From Ostreococcus lucimarinus (Eukaryota), in NCBI GenBank assembly GCA_000092065.1, contig CP000581.1: a stretch of DNA of 64,000 bases; one strand, written 5' to 3'. Each line of letters starts with the position of its first letter. Within the stretch, counting starts at the first letter, position 1. The position numbers were made by a program, and so were the translations under genes. Below are positions 28,465 through 38,882 of the stretch, one piece after another. The notes below the pieces were generated by a model, which worked only from the letters and a program-made list of their open reading frames with translations, was not told where the DNA came from and made no database searches.

Positions 28465-31400
28465 ATGCCGGCGCGGTCGAGGAAGAGCGAGGCGACGGCG
28501 ACGCGAGGAGGGAACGAAAACGCGGACGAGAGCGGGGCGCCGGCGAAGAAAAAGTCGAGGAGCGGCGCGCGTAAGAAGAAACCGACGACGGGTGGGGAGG
28601 CGTTGAAAAATAGAAACGAGAACGCGTCGGTGCAGAACGCGTCGGTGAGCGGAGATGGGGACGAAGACGCGGACGAGGGCTCGGGGGACTTGTTTGATCT
28701 GTTGCGCGTGGAAAACGCGGCGACGATTTTACACGCGAGTGATTGGCGAGCGCGGTACAACGCGAGCGAGATCTCGGCGGTGGCGGAGATTTATTCGTTA
28801 TTGTCGAAAGCGGCCGGTTGCTCGTCTGGGGTGACTGCGATTGAGTTGCAGAGAAGCGACTGCTTGATGATTATGAATCGCGTCGTCGAAGACATGGCGG
28901 CGGGGAATTTGTACGGCGACGATCCTTTGGCAAAACGTTCGCGAGATTTCAAGGGATTCCGTGAGAACTTCTTGGACTTTATCGATAAGTGCATTCGCGA
29001 CGCGAGCGAAGGCGGGGAGCTGTACGATGGTACGCTCTTCGCGACGCTGGCGGAGATCGTGAGCACGTGCGCCGGGAGCAAGGCGCGTCCGTTGCGCATG
29101 GCTGCCACGATGATGGGTTTACAGATGATTTCCAGTTTGATTACGGTGGTGAATAACTTGCAGAAGGCTCGCGATTTGAAACAAAACCAGGTGGACATCG
29201 AATTGAAGAAGAAAAAGTCTGGCGGCGAAGTGGTCAAGAGTTTGAAGCGCCAAATCGAAAGCGCGCAGGAACACATCGAGTTGGTGGAAGGTTACATGAA
29301 CGACATCTTCACTCACGTTTTCACGCATCGCTTCCGTGATTGCGACGAAAACATTCGCGCCGCGTGCATGACCGCGCTTGGGAAGTGGATGATGAAGCAT
29401 CAGCTCGTGTTCCTCACCGACTTTTACTTGAAATATCTCGGTTGGAGCTTGAACGATAAGAGCGCCGCTGTTCGACTCGAAGTTTTGCTCGCGCTGAAGA
29501 CTTTGGCGTCCAGCCAGTCTCACTTAGCTATGATGGATACGTTTATTGCTCGATTCCGTGGTCGCATGGCGGAAATGTTGCGCGACGTCGACGCCCACGT
29601 CGTCGTGGAGGCGGTGCGACTCGCCGCGGTTTTGCACGAGCACACCGAATTGGATCCTGAGCACATGAACTTTGTCACCGCGCTCATCATGGACAAGACT
29701 CCATCGATCCGTACCGCCGCGGCGAAAGCGACGAAGACACTGATGCACACGCTTACCGAGACGTACCGCAAGGCGCGAGGGATTTCCTATGATGATTCGA
29801 CAAACCCGGCGCTCGAGAAGGAACTTCACGGCATCGTGCAGCTCTTGAACGATCTCGGCGATGAAAATGGCGGGCACGGTAAAGTCATTGAAGGTTTGTC
29901 GGGGGTATATCCCGTCTTGGCACAACCTGGCTTTATCGCGGGCATCTTGAAGCACGACATGGAAATGGCAGACGCGGCCGTGATCGCGAACGTCTTGGTT
30001 CTCACCATGCGCAAGGCGATGGGCGAAGACGTCTCCAACTCGTACACCAAGACGGTGTCTCGACAAAGCGCAAAAATACGAAACGCGATCGAAGCTGCGC
30101 ACGAACAAATGACGAAAGATATCGGTAGCTTGATTCCGCAACTTCTGAGCAAGTATCAAGCCGAAGCTAACGTCATCGGTCCGCTTGTCGAAGTTGTTCG
30201 TTTTGTGAAACTCGAGCACTACTCGTTGCGTCACGAGGAGGATCAATTTACCGCTCTTGCCGAGCAAATAAAAGACATCTTCTTCAAGCACAGCGACAAG
30301 CGTACTTTGGAAGCCTGCGGTGAAGCGTTCAATTACTTCTGCAACGAGGGCTTCGAAGCTACGGCGCCTTTCGCACAACCGGTGCTCGACAGCACGGTGA
30401 ACGACTTGTCGGCTCGCCTATCTCCGGCGTTGAAGAAGGTTCGAGCTTTGATGGCCAAGAGCGATGAAAGCGTGCTGAACGAAAACGAGGGTTACGCGTT
30501 TGAGCTTCGCATGTGCTTGTATCGGGTGCGTGCTTTGATTTCAAAGTGCAATATCTCCAGCGGCGTGCGCGTGATTAACGACTTGTCTCAATACGTCGCC
30601 GACGTCTCGCGCGCCAACGTGCCAGTGGGTAAAGAATCTGTCGCCATGGCGTCCTCGTCTGTTTCTTTCGCTCTCATTTGGCAAGGCCTTGAACTAATGG
30701 ATAGTGATTCGGCGACGAGCGTCGAGGTGAACGAGCACTTGACCGAACGCGACGCCTTCTTGTCCAACGTGATGCACATCTTGCGTCGCGCCGAGGACTC
30801 GATTGCGGATTCGGACGATCTTCGGCGTTCTTTGATTTCCACCGTTTGCGATATGGTGCTGTATTATTACAACGCGAGCACACTGCCCGCGGCGCATCCT
30901 GCGAAAGTGTTGCAGCTGAAGCTCAACTCGGCGGACAGTGAAGCTGTGTGGCAGCAGTGCACCGCGTTGATCACGCCGGATGACGTCAAGCAAGACGCCG
31001 ACTTGGACTCGGCACGCCTCGCGTACCGCATGGCAGTGCACGAACAGCGTATCGCCTCCAACGGTGCGATCGGTGCAGACTTTTTGTCCAACTTCAAACT
31101 TACCGGCCCCTGGATCGATGCCGCCATCCGCACGTACTGCAGTGATTTACGCCGAACCGGTCCACAAGTGCTCGTGCGCGCTGTCTTGACAGCGTTGCAC
31201 AGCGCGTATGCAGAAGTCTTACAGACGGATCTCGGAAACCGACAAGTGCTCATCGAGGCGTTCACCGATCTCGCGACCCGATTGAGTGATATCTTTATGC
31301 TATCATCCAAACGCGATCGCTTGGTCATGCGCATCATGTTCGACGAGTCGCTCAAGTCTGTCCTTCTCCCCGAACCGTCGTACGACCGATTTTCCTTCTT

Positions 31401-31794
31401 GGCGTACGGACTGGGTCCCTTCCTCTCAAGACTGTCCGCCGTCGACGCCAAGGCTTTGACGACGTTCGTCGACGATGCGCTCGCCAAAGTCGATAGTGAG
31501 GACACGAGATGTACGCCATTGATTGATTTCGCCGATCAGCTCAACAAGCGTTCCAAGGGCGCGTCGGAGCGCCGCGCGCGTTGGGCGAGAAAACGCTCCG
31601 CGGAACAACAAGATGTAGACGTCAAGAAGTCCAAGGCCGACGACGGAGACGAGGACGAAGGCGATGATGATGCCATGGAGCAAGACGACACCATCGAAAC
31701 CGCCAACGATGACGCCGAAACCACCGCGGATGATCACACTTTGGACGACGGTCCGGTGGAGACCGCCGAGCGCAGTCGCTCGCGCCGCAAGTGA
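28465..31794 (+). CDS. SCC3: Cohesin subunit SA/STAG (Scc3)
   Basis: STAG N-domain and stromalin conserved domain 'FTHRFRDCDENIRAACMTALGKWMMKHQLVFLTDFYLKYLGWSLNDKSAAVRLEVL'. 1109 aa with acidic C-terminus. Confidence 0.75.
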   Translation: MPARSRKSEATATRGGNENADESGAPAKKKSRSGARKKKPTTGGEALKNRNENASVQNASVSGDGDEDADEGSGDLFDLLRVENAATILHASDWRARYNASEISAVAEIYSLLSKAAGCSSGVTAIELQRSDCLMIMNRVVEDMAAGNLYGDDPLAKRSRDFKGFRENFLDFIDKCIRDASEGGELYDGTLFATLAEIVSTCAGSKARPLRMAATMMGLQMISSLITVVNNLQKARDLKQNQVDIELKKKKSGGEVVKSLKRQIESAQEHIELVEGYMNDIFTHVFTHRFRDCDENIRAACMTALGKWMMKHQLVFLTDFYLKYLGWSLNDKSAAVRLEVLLALKTLASSQSHLAMMDTFIARFRGRMAEMLRDVDAHVVVEAVRLAAVLHEHTELDPEHMNFVTALIMDKTPSIRTAAAKATKTLMHTLTETYRKARGISYDDSTNPALEKELHGIVQLLNDLGDENGGHGKVIEGLSGVYPVLAQPGFIAGILKHDMEMADAAVIANVLVLTMRKAMGEDVSNSYTKTVSRQSAKIRNAIEAAHEQMTKDIGSLIPQLLSKYQAEANVIGPLVEVVRFVKLEHYSLRHEEDQFTALAEQIKDIFFKHSDKRTLEACGEAFNYFCNEGFEATAPFAQPVLDSTVNDLSARLSPALKKVRALMAKSDESVLNENEGYAFELRMCLYRVRALISKCNISSGVRVINDLSQYVADVSRANVPVGKESVAMASSSVSFALIWQGLELMDSDSATSVEVNEHLTERDAFLSNVMHILRRAEDSIADSDDLRRSLISTVCDMVLYYYNASTLPAAHPAKVLQLKLNSADSEAVWQQCTALITPDDVKQDADLDSARLAYRMAVHEQRIASNGAIGADFLSNFKLTGPWIDAAIRTYCSDLRRTGPQVLVRAVLTALHSAYAEVLQTDLGNRQVLIEAFTDLATRLSDIFMLSSKRDRLVMRIMFDESLKSVLLPEPSYDRFSFLAYGLGPFLSRLSAVDAKALTTFVDDALAKVDSEDTRCTPLIDFADQLNKRSKGASERRARWARKRSAEQQDVDVKKSKADDGDEDEGDDDAMEQDDTIETANDDAETTADDHTLDDGPVETAERSRSRRK

Positions 31795-31922
31795 GTCGAC
31801 GACGCGAACGCGAACTTAGGACATGTACACGGACAATCACGATGAATGAGATATAACAGCAAATATAGGGAAACATAGATGAAATTTTGTTACACAAAGA
31901 ATACGATTATACGCGTACACTT

Positions 31923-32636
31923 TTAAGCGATCGGCGCCGGTTGCAACTCGTGCGCAAGTCGTCTACGCGTGGCGACGTCGCCACCCGGCGGAAGTTCGCC
32001 GGTGGCGGGCGTGTCCGATCCCACGGGCGCGTTGATAGCCTTTTCGATCGTACCTGGCGGTGCGCGCTGTCTTTGCAAATCTAATTCACCCATCAACCGT
32101 CCGAGCTTGGACAAACTTTCCTGCAGTCGCGTCTGCAACTCGGGAACGAGCGCCAAATTCGCGTCGAGCTCTTTCCTCAGCGCCTCCATTGCCTCACCAT
32201 CCACGCTCGCCTCAACCCTGTTCAACGCCGCGGCATCACCGTCATCATCTCCAGCCATCATCGGTCGAAGCTCGGTCAAACGATCCGCATAATTCTTCGC
32301 CACCGCCCCCGGCGTCGTCGCCCGCTGCTCCGCCACCCTCGCGCTCAGCTCCGCCACCTCCTCCTCCAACGCGTCCAACTCCGGATCCGCGATCTCCCGT
32401 TCGCTCACCTCGCGCCCCTTTTCACCCCCCTCCGCCGTCCCACATATCACGTTCGCCCTCACGCTCCCCAGCACGCGCTCCGTCATCGCGTACAAGTGCC
32501 GCTTCAGCGCCTTCGCGCGTTCGTTCGACCACTTCGGATCGCGTTTCGCGTGATCGATCGTCTCCAGCACCGCCTCGCAGAGCTTCTCTTCGATCTTCGC
32601 CAGTTCATCGTTCGTCGCGACGCGCACTTTCACCAT
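31923..32636 (-). CDS. Hypothetical coiled-coil protein
   Basis: ORF, helical/coiled-coil character. No confident family. Confidence 0.35.
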   Translation of the reverse strand: MVKVRVATNDELAKIEEKLCEAVLETIDHAKRDPKWSNERAKALKRHLYAMTERVLGSVRANVICGTAEGGEKGREVSEREIADPELDALEEEVAELSARVAEQRATTPGAVAKNYADRLTELRPMMAGDDDGDAAALNRVEASVDGEAMEALRKELDANLALVPELQTRLQESLSKLGRLMGELDLQRQRAPPGTIEKAINAPVGSDTPATGELPPGGDVATRRRLAHELQPAPIA

Positions 32637-32740
32637 CGCGCGCGCGCGTTCGCGTCACGCGTCGCGTCGCGCGCCGGCGTCGTCGTCGTCGCGGTGTGGC
32701 GCGCATGCATTCAAATCTCGGCTGTCGTTCCCCTCGGCCG

Positions 32741-32936
32741 CGCAGGCTGGACAAACGTCGATCGCGGTTTCTAGACTCATGGCGCTCGATTCGCTTGAAT
32801 ACACAGAAAACAATTCGAGAGTCATGTTTTGATGCCCGACTCGGTTTGCAAAAATTCTCGAATTGTTTTCTGTGTATTCAAGCGAATCGAGCGCCGTGAG
32901 TCTAGAAACCGCGATCGACGTTTGTCCAGCCTGCGC
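32741..32936. repeat. Near-perfect inverted repeat: two 80-bp arms (32741..32820 and 32857..32936, one mismatch) around a 36-bp AT-rich loop
   Basis: The reverse complement of arm 1 equals arm 2 with a single mismatch, t versus c in the 'ctcatggcgctcga' / 'tcgagcgccgtgag' segment. It lies between two divergent gene starts (32636 and 33008). Confidence 0.9.
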
Positions 32937-33007
32937 GTCGACGCGTCCGACGTCGGCGGCGTGACGTCACGCGCGCGCGACCGCACTTCACGGCGACGAC
33001 GACGACG

Positions 33008-33814
33008 ATGATGACGACGACGACGATGACGGCGCGACTGTCGATGAAAACGACGATGACGAACGCGCGCGCGAAGACGCGGTCGGTGAACGGCCGGGCG
33101 ACGCGCGCGAGCCGCGGTAAAGCGATCGAAGGACTGGGAAAAGATGACGCCGGTGAGCGCGCGGCGACGATGGAGAACGCGAAGGCGGCGGTGAGCGCGT
33201 TGGCGATCGCGACGTGCGTGACGGCGATGCCGGAGATGGCGCACGCGAGCGGGGGGGAGTTTGGGATTCTCGAGGGTCGATCGGCGGCGCTTTTGCATCC
33301 GATCGGCTTGGGGTCGCTGTACGCGGTGACGCTTTACGCCGGGTGGCTCGGGTTGCAGTGGCGACGCGTGCGGACCGTCGGTGATGAGATCGCGGGATTG
33401 AAGAAGACGTTGCCCGAAGATGCGGCGGCGGCGGCTGGGAGCGCGGTGGCGAAACAGATTGACGAGCTCACGTCGACGAGAAAGGAACTCGTGGCGGGCA
33501 AGTTCAAGGATAAGCACGCGAATATGGGGTACTTGCTCCTGGCTTTGGGAGTGACTCTGGCCGTCGAGGGCGGCATGAACACCTACTTGCGCGTGGGCAA
33601 GCTCTTCCCGGGGCCGCACTTGTACGCCGGGGCGTCTATCGTCGTACTTTGGGCCATGGCGGCTGGTTTGGTGCCGCAAATGGAAAAAGGCAACCAAAAA
33701 GCGCGCGACTTGCACATCGCGTTGAACTGCGTCAATCTCGCTCTGTTCACGTGGCAAATCCCCACCGGGTTGGAGATCGTCGGTAAGGTTTTCCAATTCA
33801 CGAGCTGGCCGTAG
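33008..33814 (+). CDS. Chloroplast-type multi-pass membrane protein (DUF4079-like)
   Basis: Transit-peptide-like N-terminus, then about 4 TM helices ('LLHPIGLGSLYAVTLYAGWLGLQWRR', 'HANMGYLLLALGVTLAVEGG'). Confidence 0.45.
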   Translation: MMTTTTMTARLSMKTTMTNARAKTRSVNGRATRASRGKAIEGLGKDDAGERAATMENAKAAVSALAIATCVTAMPEMAHASGGEFGILEGRSAALLHPIGLGSLYAVTLYAGWLGLQWRRVRTVGDEIAGLKKTLPEDAAAAAGSAVAKQIDELTSTRKELVAGKFKDKHANMGYLLLALGVTLAVEGGMNTYLRVGKLFPGPHLYAGASIVVLWAMAAGLVPQMEKGNQKARDLHIALNCVNLALFTWQIPTGLEIVGKVFQFTSWP

Positions 33815-33858
33815 ATGTTTCTAGCTAACTAATTTTTTACACGGTCAAGGACCTCATC

Positions 33859-35232
33859 CTAAATAATATGCGCTCGCGCCGCGTTCGACCTCGACGACGT
33901 GCCTCTAAACATCGAGGACGACTGCTTCGCCACTACCCCGCTGTCGTCGTCGTCGTCTGCTACGGAAAACGCCGACGGAACGTTCGTGAACGCGACTTCC
34001 CGAAACTCTTCGCTCAGGCGAGAGAAGTCGCCTCGAGACGATCGACGCTTGAACGAGCACGAACTTGGCAAATTGCCGTAGTAGCGAAGGACGAGCACCG
34101 ATACTATGAGAAGTACGGTCACCAGACCTACTTGTGCCCCGATGGATACCTTGGGCATCGCCAAGGATCTTCCGGTTTTCGACGCGAGCACGACGTCGCT
34201 GCACAGCACCTCGGCGTCGTTCCCGTCGAGTAGTACGAACGTTTTCCCGACGATAGATTTCGCACCGCTCAGTGGCAAGTTCGAATCGCTATACAGCACT
34301 ATTTCTGACGACGATAACGTCCCTTGTCGTACCCAAATCTCACCAATCGGGCAATCCTCGGCGAGCGCTTCCGCGCCGCGCGAGGCACACGACGACTTCT
34401 CTTCGGGATTGTACAGCCTTCCCACGTGCGCGCACGAGTTCGAGCTCCCCGCCGTACCCGAATAAATCGCCCATCGATACGGCCCGATCGCATCGCCGTG
34501 CGCGCGATTTACCAATTGAACCGAGATCCGCGTATCCGCCGCCGCGTCCGCCGCCGACTGCCGCATCGTCACCAACCCGCTAATCTTACTCAACGTCGTC
34601 CCGAGCGTCGCGCGCGCCTCGACGAATCCGTCTTCACCGTCATCTTCCTCGATCGTCGCGCACGCGAACGGAACCTTACCAGCGCTAAATCCATCTAGTC
34701 CAGCCGCTCGGTCGCCGCGCCAAACCGCCAACGCGCGTCCGCTCACCGACCGTCGTCCCGCGAGCGGTAAATTCCGATCGACGAACTCGTACGTCTTCCC
34801 GCTCACGCTCGCGATCATCCCCGCGTCCATGCGCGCGCACACGTCGCCGATCGCGCACGTCCCGCCCGCGCACGCGCCCGCGCCGCCGTCCGGATTATAC
34901 ACCTCCCCCAGCGTCGCCTCGTCGCACGCCCCGTTCGCGCCTCGACCGCGCTCGTGCACCGTGACGTGCGTCGGGAAATCATCGCTCGTCGACGACCGCG
35001 CGGCGGTGACGCGAACGCGCGCGTACGTCACCCCGCCCTCGTACGCCTGCGCGAACGTCGCCTCGACCGAGGATCCGTCGGCGTTCGTCGCGCGCGCGCG
35101 CAGCGTCTTCGCGCGCGCGGTCGTCGCCGCGGACGCGAGCGCGACGAGCGCGATCGCGCGCGCGATCGCTCGCGCGCGCGCGCCCGCGCGGCGACGCATC
35201 GCGCGCGCGTGTGCCGCCGCGTCGAGCGGCAC
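33859..35232 (-). CDS. Type-I membrane protein with two degenerate Cu/Zn-superoxide-dismutase-like domains
   Basis: Signal peptide. 'THVTVHERGRGANGACDEATLGEVYNPDG' and 'VNRAHGDAIGPYRWAIYSGTAGSSNSCAHVGRLYNPEE' resemble the SOD1 '[24 protein letters not shown]' region, but the Zn-loop histidines are absent. C-terminal TM 'IGAQVGLVTVLLIVSVLVL'. Confidence 0.45.
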   Translation of the reverse strand: MPLDAAAHARAMRRRAGARARAIARAIALVALASAATTARAKTLRARATNADGSSVEATFAQAYEGGVTYARVRVTAARSSTSDDFPTHVTVHERGRGANGACDEATLGEVYNPDGGAGACAGGTCAIGDVCARMDAGMIASVSGKTYEFVDRNLPLAGRRSVSGRALAVWRGDRAAGLDGFSAGKVPFACATIEEDDGEDGFVEARATLGTTLSKISGLVTMRQSAADAAADTRISVQLVNRAHGDAIGPYRWAIYSGTAGSSNSCAHVGRLYNPEEKSSCASRGAEALAEDCPIGEIWVRQGTLSSSEIVLYSDSNLPLSGAKSIVGKTFVLLDGNDAEVLCSDVVLASKTGRSLAMPKVSIGAQVGLVTVLLIVSVLVLRYYGNLPSSCSFKRRSSRGDFSRLSEEFREVAFTNVPSAFSVADDDDDSGVVAKQSSSMFRGTSSRSNAARAHII

Positions 35233-35251
35233 TTCTCGCCGACGCGTCGAC

Positions 35252-35282
<31 letters not shown>

Positions 35283-35292
35283 GCGACGCGCG

Positions 35293-36087
35293 ATGACGGC
35301 GCGACGCCTCGCGCGCGAGTGCGCGCGCCGCGCCGTCGCGTCGACGACGGCGGCGACGGCGCGGACGACGACGGCGGCGACGACGACGGCGACGCGATGC
35401 GTGCAGACGTCATCGCTCGCGCGGTTCGCCGCGCCGGTGCGCGCGTTCTCGCCGAACGCCAAGCCGCGCTCGCTCGAGACGGCGGCGACGAAGGACGGAG
35501 ACGTCGTTCCCGAGCGCTCGCTCACCGGTTGGCGGCGGGTGGCGCTGACGCTGGGTGGATATTTTAGCCCGGAGAGCCGACGCGTGCGCGGCGGCGAGCG
35601 GCTGTACGAAGAGGTGACGCGGGCGACGGCGATCGATGCGCTGTACGACGCGCACGCGGTGGAAAAGACGTTCGCGAGTCGACACGCGATGATGTGCCTG
35701 CACGTGTGGATGTGCTTGGGGCGGTTGCGAAAAGAGGGAGAGGGGGGGAAGGCGTTTAGTCAGACGTTTTACGACGCGTTTCAAGACGACGTGGAGCGAC
35801 GCGTGCACGATGAGGGCGTGCGCGTGCGCGTGCGAAAGTGGTTACAGGATTTAGAGAGGACATTTTATGGGAATGCGGTGTCGTACGATAAAGCGCTCGA
35901 GCTCGGGGGTGGAGAACTCGTGAAGGCTTTGCATAGAAACGTGTACGACGGCGACGGCGACGTCGACCGCGCCAAGGGGTTGGAGCGGTACGTTCGACAT
36001 CAGCTCGCGTCGTTGGCGCTGACGCCCACGGAGGCGTTATTCGACGGGCGCGTTAGATTCGTTGGCTTCGATGAGCAAGAAGAATAG
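35293..36087 (+). CDS. CBP3: Ubiquinol-cytochrome c reductase assembly chaperone CBP3/UQCC1
   Basis: 'HAMMCLHVWMCLGRLRKEG...FYDAFQDDVERRV' Ubiq_cyt_C_chap-like block. Mitochondrial presequence. Confidence 0.65.
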   Translation: MTARRLARECARRAVASTTAATARTTTAATTTATRCVQTSSLARFAAPVRAFSPNAKPRSLETAATKDGDVVPERSLTGWRRVALTLGGYFSPESRRVRGGERLYEEVTRATAIDALYDAHAVEKTFASRHAMMCLHVWMCLGRLRKEGEGGKAFSQTFYDAFQDDVERRVHDEGVRVRVRKWLQDLERTFYGNAVSYDKALELGGGELVKALHRNVYDGDGDVDRAKGLERYVRHQLASLALTPTEALFDGRVRFVGFDEQEE

Positions 36088-36131
36088 CATCGCGGTGTAC
36101 TTTTAAAGTAATTTTTATTGACATCAGTCTT

Positions 36132-37199
36132 CTAATACGGGCGCCCGAATCGCGGCTTGTCGCCGTCCTCCTTTGGTTTGTTTGCGCTATCTCCGCCACC
36201 GCCGCCGAAACGCGCGCCGCCGCGATCGGGCCCGCCTCGGCCGCCACCACCGTCGCCACGACCGCGGCCGCCTCGACCACCTCGGCCGCCACCTCGGCCG
36301 CCTCGGCCGCCTCGGCCGCGTTCGTCGACCTTGCCCACGAAGACGGGCTCGTGCGTCGTCGGCGGCTGCGCGTCTGGGTCTTCCCCGCGCGCGATCGCTT
36401 CTTCCCTCGCCTTGGCTTTCTTTTCCAATTGTTCCTGCTTCTTTTGTTCCATGTACGCCGCCTTCATCATGAGCGTGAGCTTCGCGCCCTTGTACTCCAA
36501 GTCGGCGCGTTCGGCAATCGCCTTGGCCTCCTCTTCGGTGGCGAACTCGACGAAAATGCTCCCCCGAAAATCCTTGCTCGTCGTGTGTCGACGCAAACGA
36601 ATCGACCGCGCGTTACCCACCGTCTTGAAGTACGCCAAAAGCGCCTCGATCGTCGCGTCCTTCGCGAACGGACTCGCGAACACGAACCGCTTGTCCAACT
36701 CCTCCACCATCGCGCTTCGATACGCCGTCACGCCGTCGTCCGTGGCGAGATCCGGCGTCTCCCCGTTCACGAGCATCGACTTCCGCCGCACCCGCGTCCC
36801 ATCGGCGCACGCCTCGACGACGTCGCTTCCCTCCAGCGCCCTCGCCACGCGCTCCACGTTTTTCGCCTCATCCTTCCCCCCGTACGCCGCCAAAAAATCC
36901 CGCATCCTCGAGAAGGATGCGATGAGCGCGATCGGCACCCCCCCCTCGTGTCCCTCGCGCACCGCTCGCGACACCTCGTCGAGCAAGAACGCATCGCGCG
37001 GAAGATTCGAGTCGCCGAGGTAGAACTCGATCTGCGCGCGCACCCTGTCGCGCGTCGCGTCGTCGAAATCCGCCGCCCCCGTCGCGTCGTCCTCGCGCCG
37101 CGCGCGCGCGTCGTCGTCGCCCGTCGACGCGCGCGGCGCGTCGCGCGGCGCGTCGCTCGGCGCGTCGCTCGCGACGGCGTCGGTCGCGTCGGTCGTCAT
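36132..37199 (-). CDS. La protein (La motif + RRM) with C-terminal RGG/Gly-Arg repeats
   Basis: La motif 'QIEFYLGDSNLPRDAFL', RRM ('SIFVEFATEEEAKAIA'), C-terminal (GGRGGRG)n. Confidence 0.7.
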   Translation of the reverse strand: MTTDATDAVASDAPSDAPRDAPRASTGDDDARARREDDATGAADFDDATRDRVRAQIEFYLGDSNLPRDAFLLDEVSRAVREGHEGGVPIALIASFSRMRDFLAAYGGKDEAKNVERVARALEGSDVVEACADGTRVRRKSMLVNGETPDLATDDGVTAYRSAMVEELDKRFVFASPFAKDATIEALLAYFKTVGNARSIRLRRHTTSKDFRGSIFVEFATEEEAKAIAERADLEYKGAKLTLMMKAAYMEQKKQEQLEKKAKAREEAIARGEDPDAQPPTTHEPVFVGKVDERGRGGRGGRGGGRGGRGGRGRGDGGGGRGGPDRGGARFGGGGGDSANKPKEDGDKPRFGRPY

Positions 37200-37361
37200 G
37201 TCGCGGCTCGACGCGCGTCGCGCTCCGTCGCGCGGCGCGCGTCGCGCGCGGCGGCGGCGGCGGCGCGAGTCTCAAGCGCGCACACGGACCGTCGAACGCG
37301 ATCGCGACGACGACGCGACGACGACGCGCGACGCCGCGCAGCGCGACGCGACGCGACCGCG

Positions 37362-38663
37362 ATGGCGGGCGCGCGACGAAGCGCGCGCGGCGCGGCGAGC
37401 GACGCGCCCGCGGCGAGCGCCGACGCGAGCGACGCGCGGAAGAAACGCGCGAAGGCGAAAGACGCGACGAAATCGTCGAACGCGAAGACGGACGCGCGAT
37501 CGAACGGAAAGGCGAAGGCGCGCGCGGTGTCCGCGCCCGCGGTCGCGGATGGGACTCGGTTGAAGCGGGAGACGGCGTTCCTGTGTCACGCGCAGTTTAA
37601 GAACGATCTGCCGGCGGTGCCGATCGATTGGAAGATGTTGCAGACGAGGGTGGATCGACGGGCGCTGACGGAGTACTCGCACTTGTCGCTGTACGACGGG
37701 TTGCGGAAGCGAGGGGACTTTAGCGAGGATTTAGGGATACCTTTGGATCCTGCGCTGATGCGGGCGTATCGGGTGCCGACGCGGCGGGTGGCGATGGATC
37801 CGGAGGATCACGAATTGACGATGAGCTCGGCGGAGCGCGAGGGGAAGCGCAACGGGGCGATCGGGACGAGCGGACGCGCGGTGAGCAGACCGGACGCCTC
37901 CGACGCGCTTTGGTTGATGAACACGCAGTACATCTCCGCGGGGAGCATCAAGGCGCGCACGGGGTTGAGCGAGAAGGAGATGAAACGCCGAAGACTCGAG
38001 GCGCAGGGGGGCGCCGCGGAGCCAGAGGTCGAGCTCTCGCAAGTCGAACAAATCGAAGCCTCGTTCGCGGCGGCGAAGCGACCTCCGGTGCATCCGACGA
38101 ACAAGAAGGCCAAAGTGGTGGAGGTTCTTCCCGTGCTGCCCGATTTCGAGCGCATCGCGATGGACTACGTGCGCTTGAACTTTGACGAGAAGCAGGAAAC
38201 CGACGTCGCGTCGCTCTCGGGCAAATCCGCGGAGACGATTGAAAACGCGTTGAACTGCGGGGTGGTAAAACCGTTCAGCATCGTGAACGAGCGCAATCAA
38301 ACCGAACGATTCTTATCGCTCATGCTTCCGCAAGACCCCGATGCGGCGATGGAGGAGGACTTTCTCGCCTTGGACGGCGAGCCGCGCCAATACGACCACG
38401 TTCGCGACTACGTGTACAAGATTCACCAAGACGATCCGAATCTCGGAGGCGGGAACATGTGCTTCTTCTTTAAGAAGGACCGCGTCACGTACGTCGACTT
38501 ACACACCAAACTCACGCTGTCGAAGCGAAGCAAGCACTCGAAGGGTAAAGAGGCGACGGATTCTTGGAAACCGAGCGAGGTGACACTGCAACGGCGACGC
38601 ATGACGGAGGAAGAAAAGAGCGCGCTGGACGCGAAGCGCGAGAGCATCAGAGCGGGGGCGTGA
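37362..38663 (+). CDS. PAF1: RNA polymerase II-associated factor 1 (Paf1) homolog
   Basis: Domain order and 'AFLCHAQFKNDLPAVPIDWKML' resemble Paf1 family members. Start is moved to 37362 to avoid an antisense overlap with the La gene. Confidence 0.5.
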   Translation: MAGARRSARGAASDAPAASADASDARKKRAKAKDATKSSNAKTDARSNGKAKARAVSAPAVADGTRLKRETAFLCHAQFKNDLPAVPIDWKMLQTRVDRRALTEYSHLSLYDGLRKRGDFSEDLGIPLDPALMRAYRVPTRRVAMDPEDHELTMSSAEREGKRNGAIGTSGRAVSRPDASDALWLMNTQYISAGSIKARTGLSEKEMKRRRLEAQGGAAEPEVELSQVEQIEASFAAAKRPPVHPTNKKAKVVEVLPVLPDFERIAMDYVRLNFDEKQETDVASLSGKSAETIENALNCGVVKPFSIVNERNQTERFLSLMLPQDPDAAMEEDFLALDGEPRQYDHVRDYVYKIHQDDPNLGGGNMCFFFKKDRVTYVDLHTKLTLSKRSKHSKGKEATDSWKPSEVTLQRRRMTEEEKSALDAKRESIRAGA

Positions 38664-38749
38664 TCATCTATCATCTTTTAGCATTGTGGAATAACGACGA
38701 CTTCAGCGAGTCTTTAGAAATTACAGCATAAATGCGGAACCCTTCGTCC

Positions 38750-38882
38750 TCACTCCAACATCGCGCGCTCGAGTTCCTCCTTGAGCGACCCGTCCTTGAA
38801 CGCGTCGACGGTGATGTCGCACCCACCGAAGAATTCTCCGCCTACGTACAGCTGCGGAAACGTCGGCCACGACGAATAATCC
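38750..38882 (-). CDS. GRX5: Monothiol glutaredoxin (Grx5-type, CGFS), exon 2
   Basis: Encodes '(K)DYSSWPTFPQLYVGGEFFGGCDITVDAFKDGSLKEELERAMLE*', which completes the Grx fold after a 98-bp intron (38883..38980; donor GTGCGT, acceptor TAG). Confidence 0.6.

Noticed and set aside
36351-37361. N-terminal extension of the Paf1 ORF
   Set aside because: It is antisense to the La gene, where it overlaps the La motif and RRM. Start moved to 37362.
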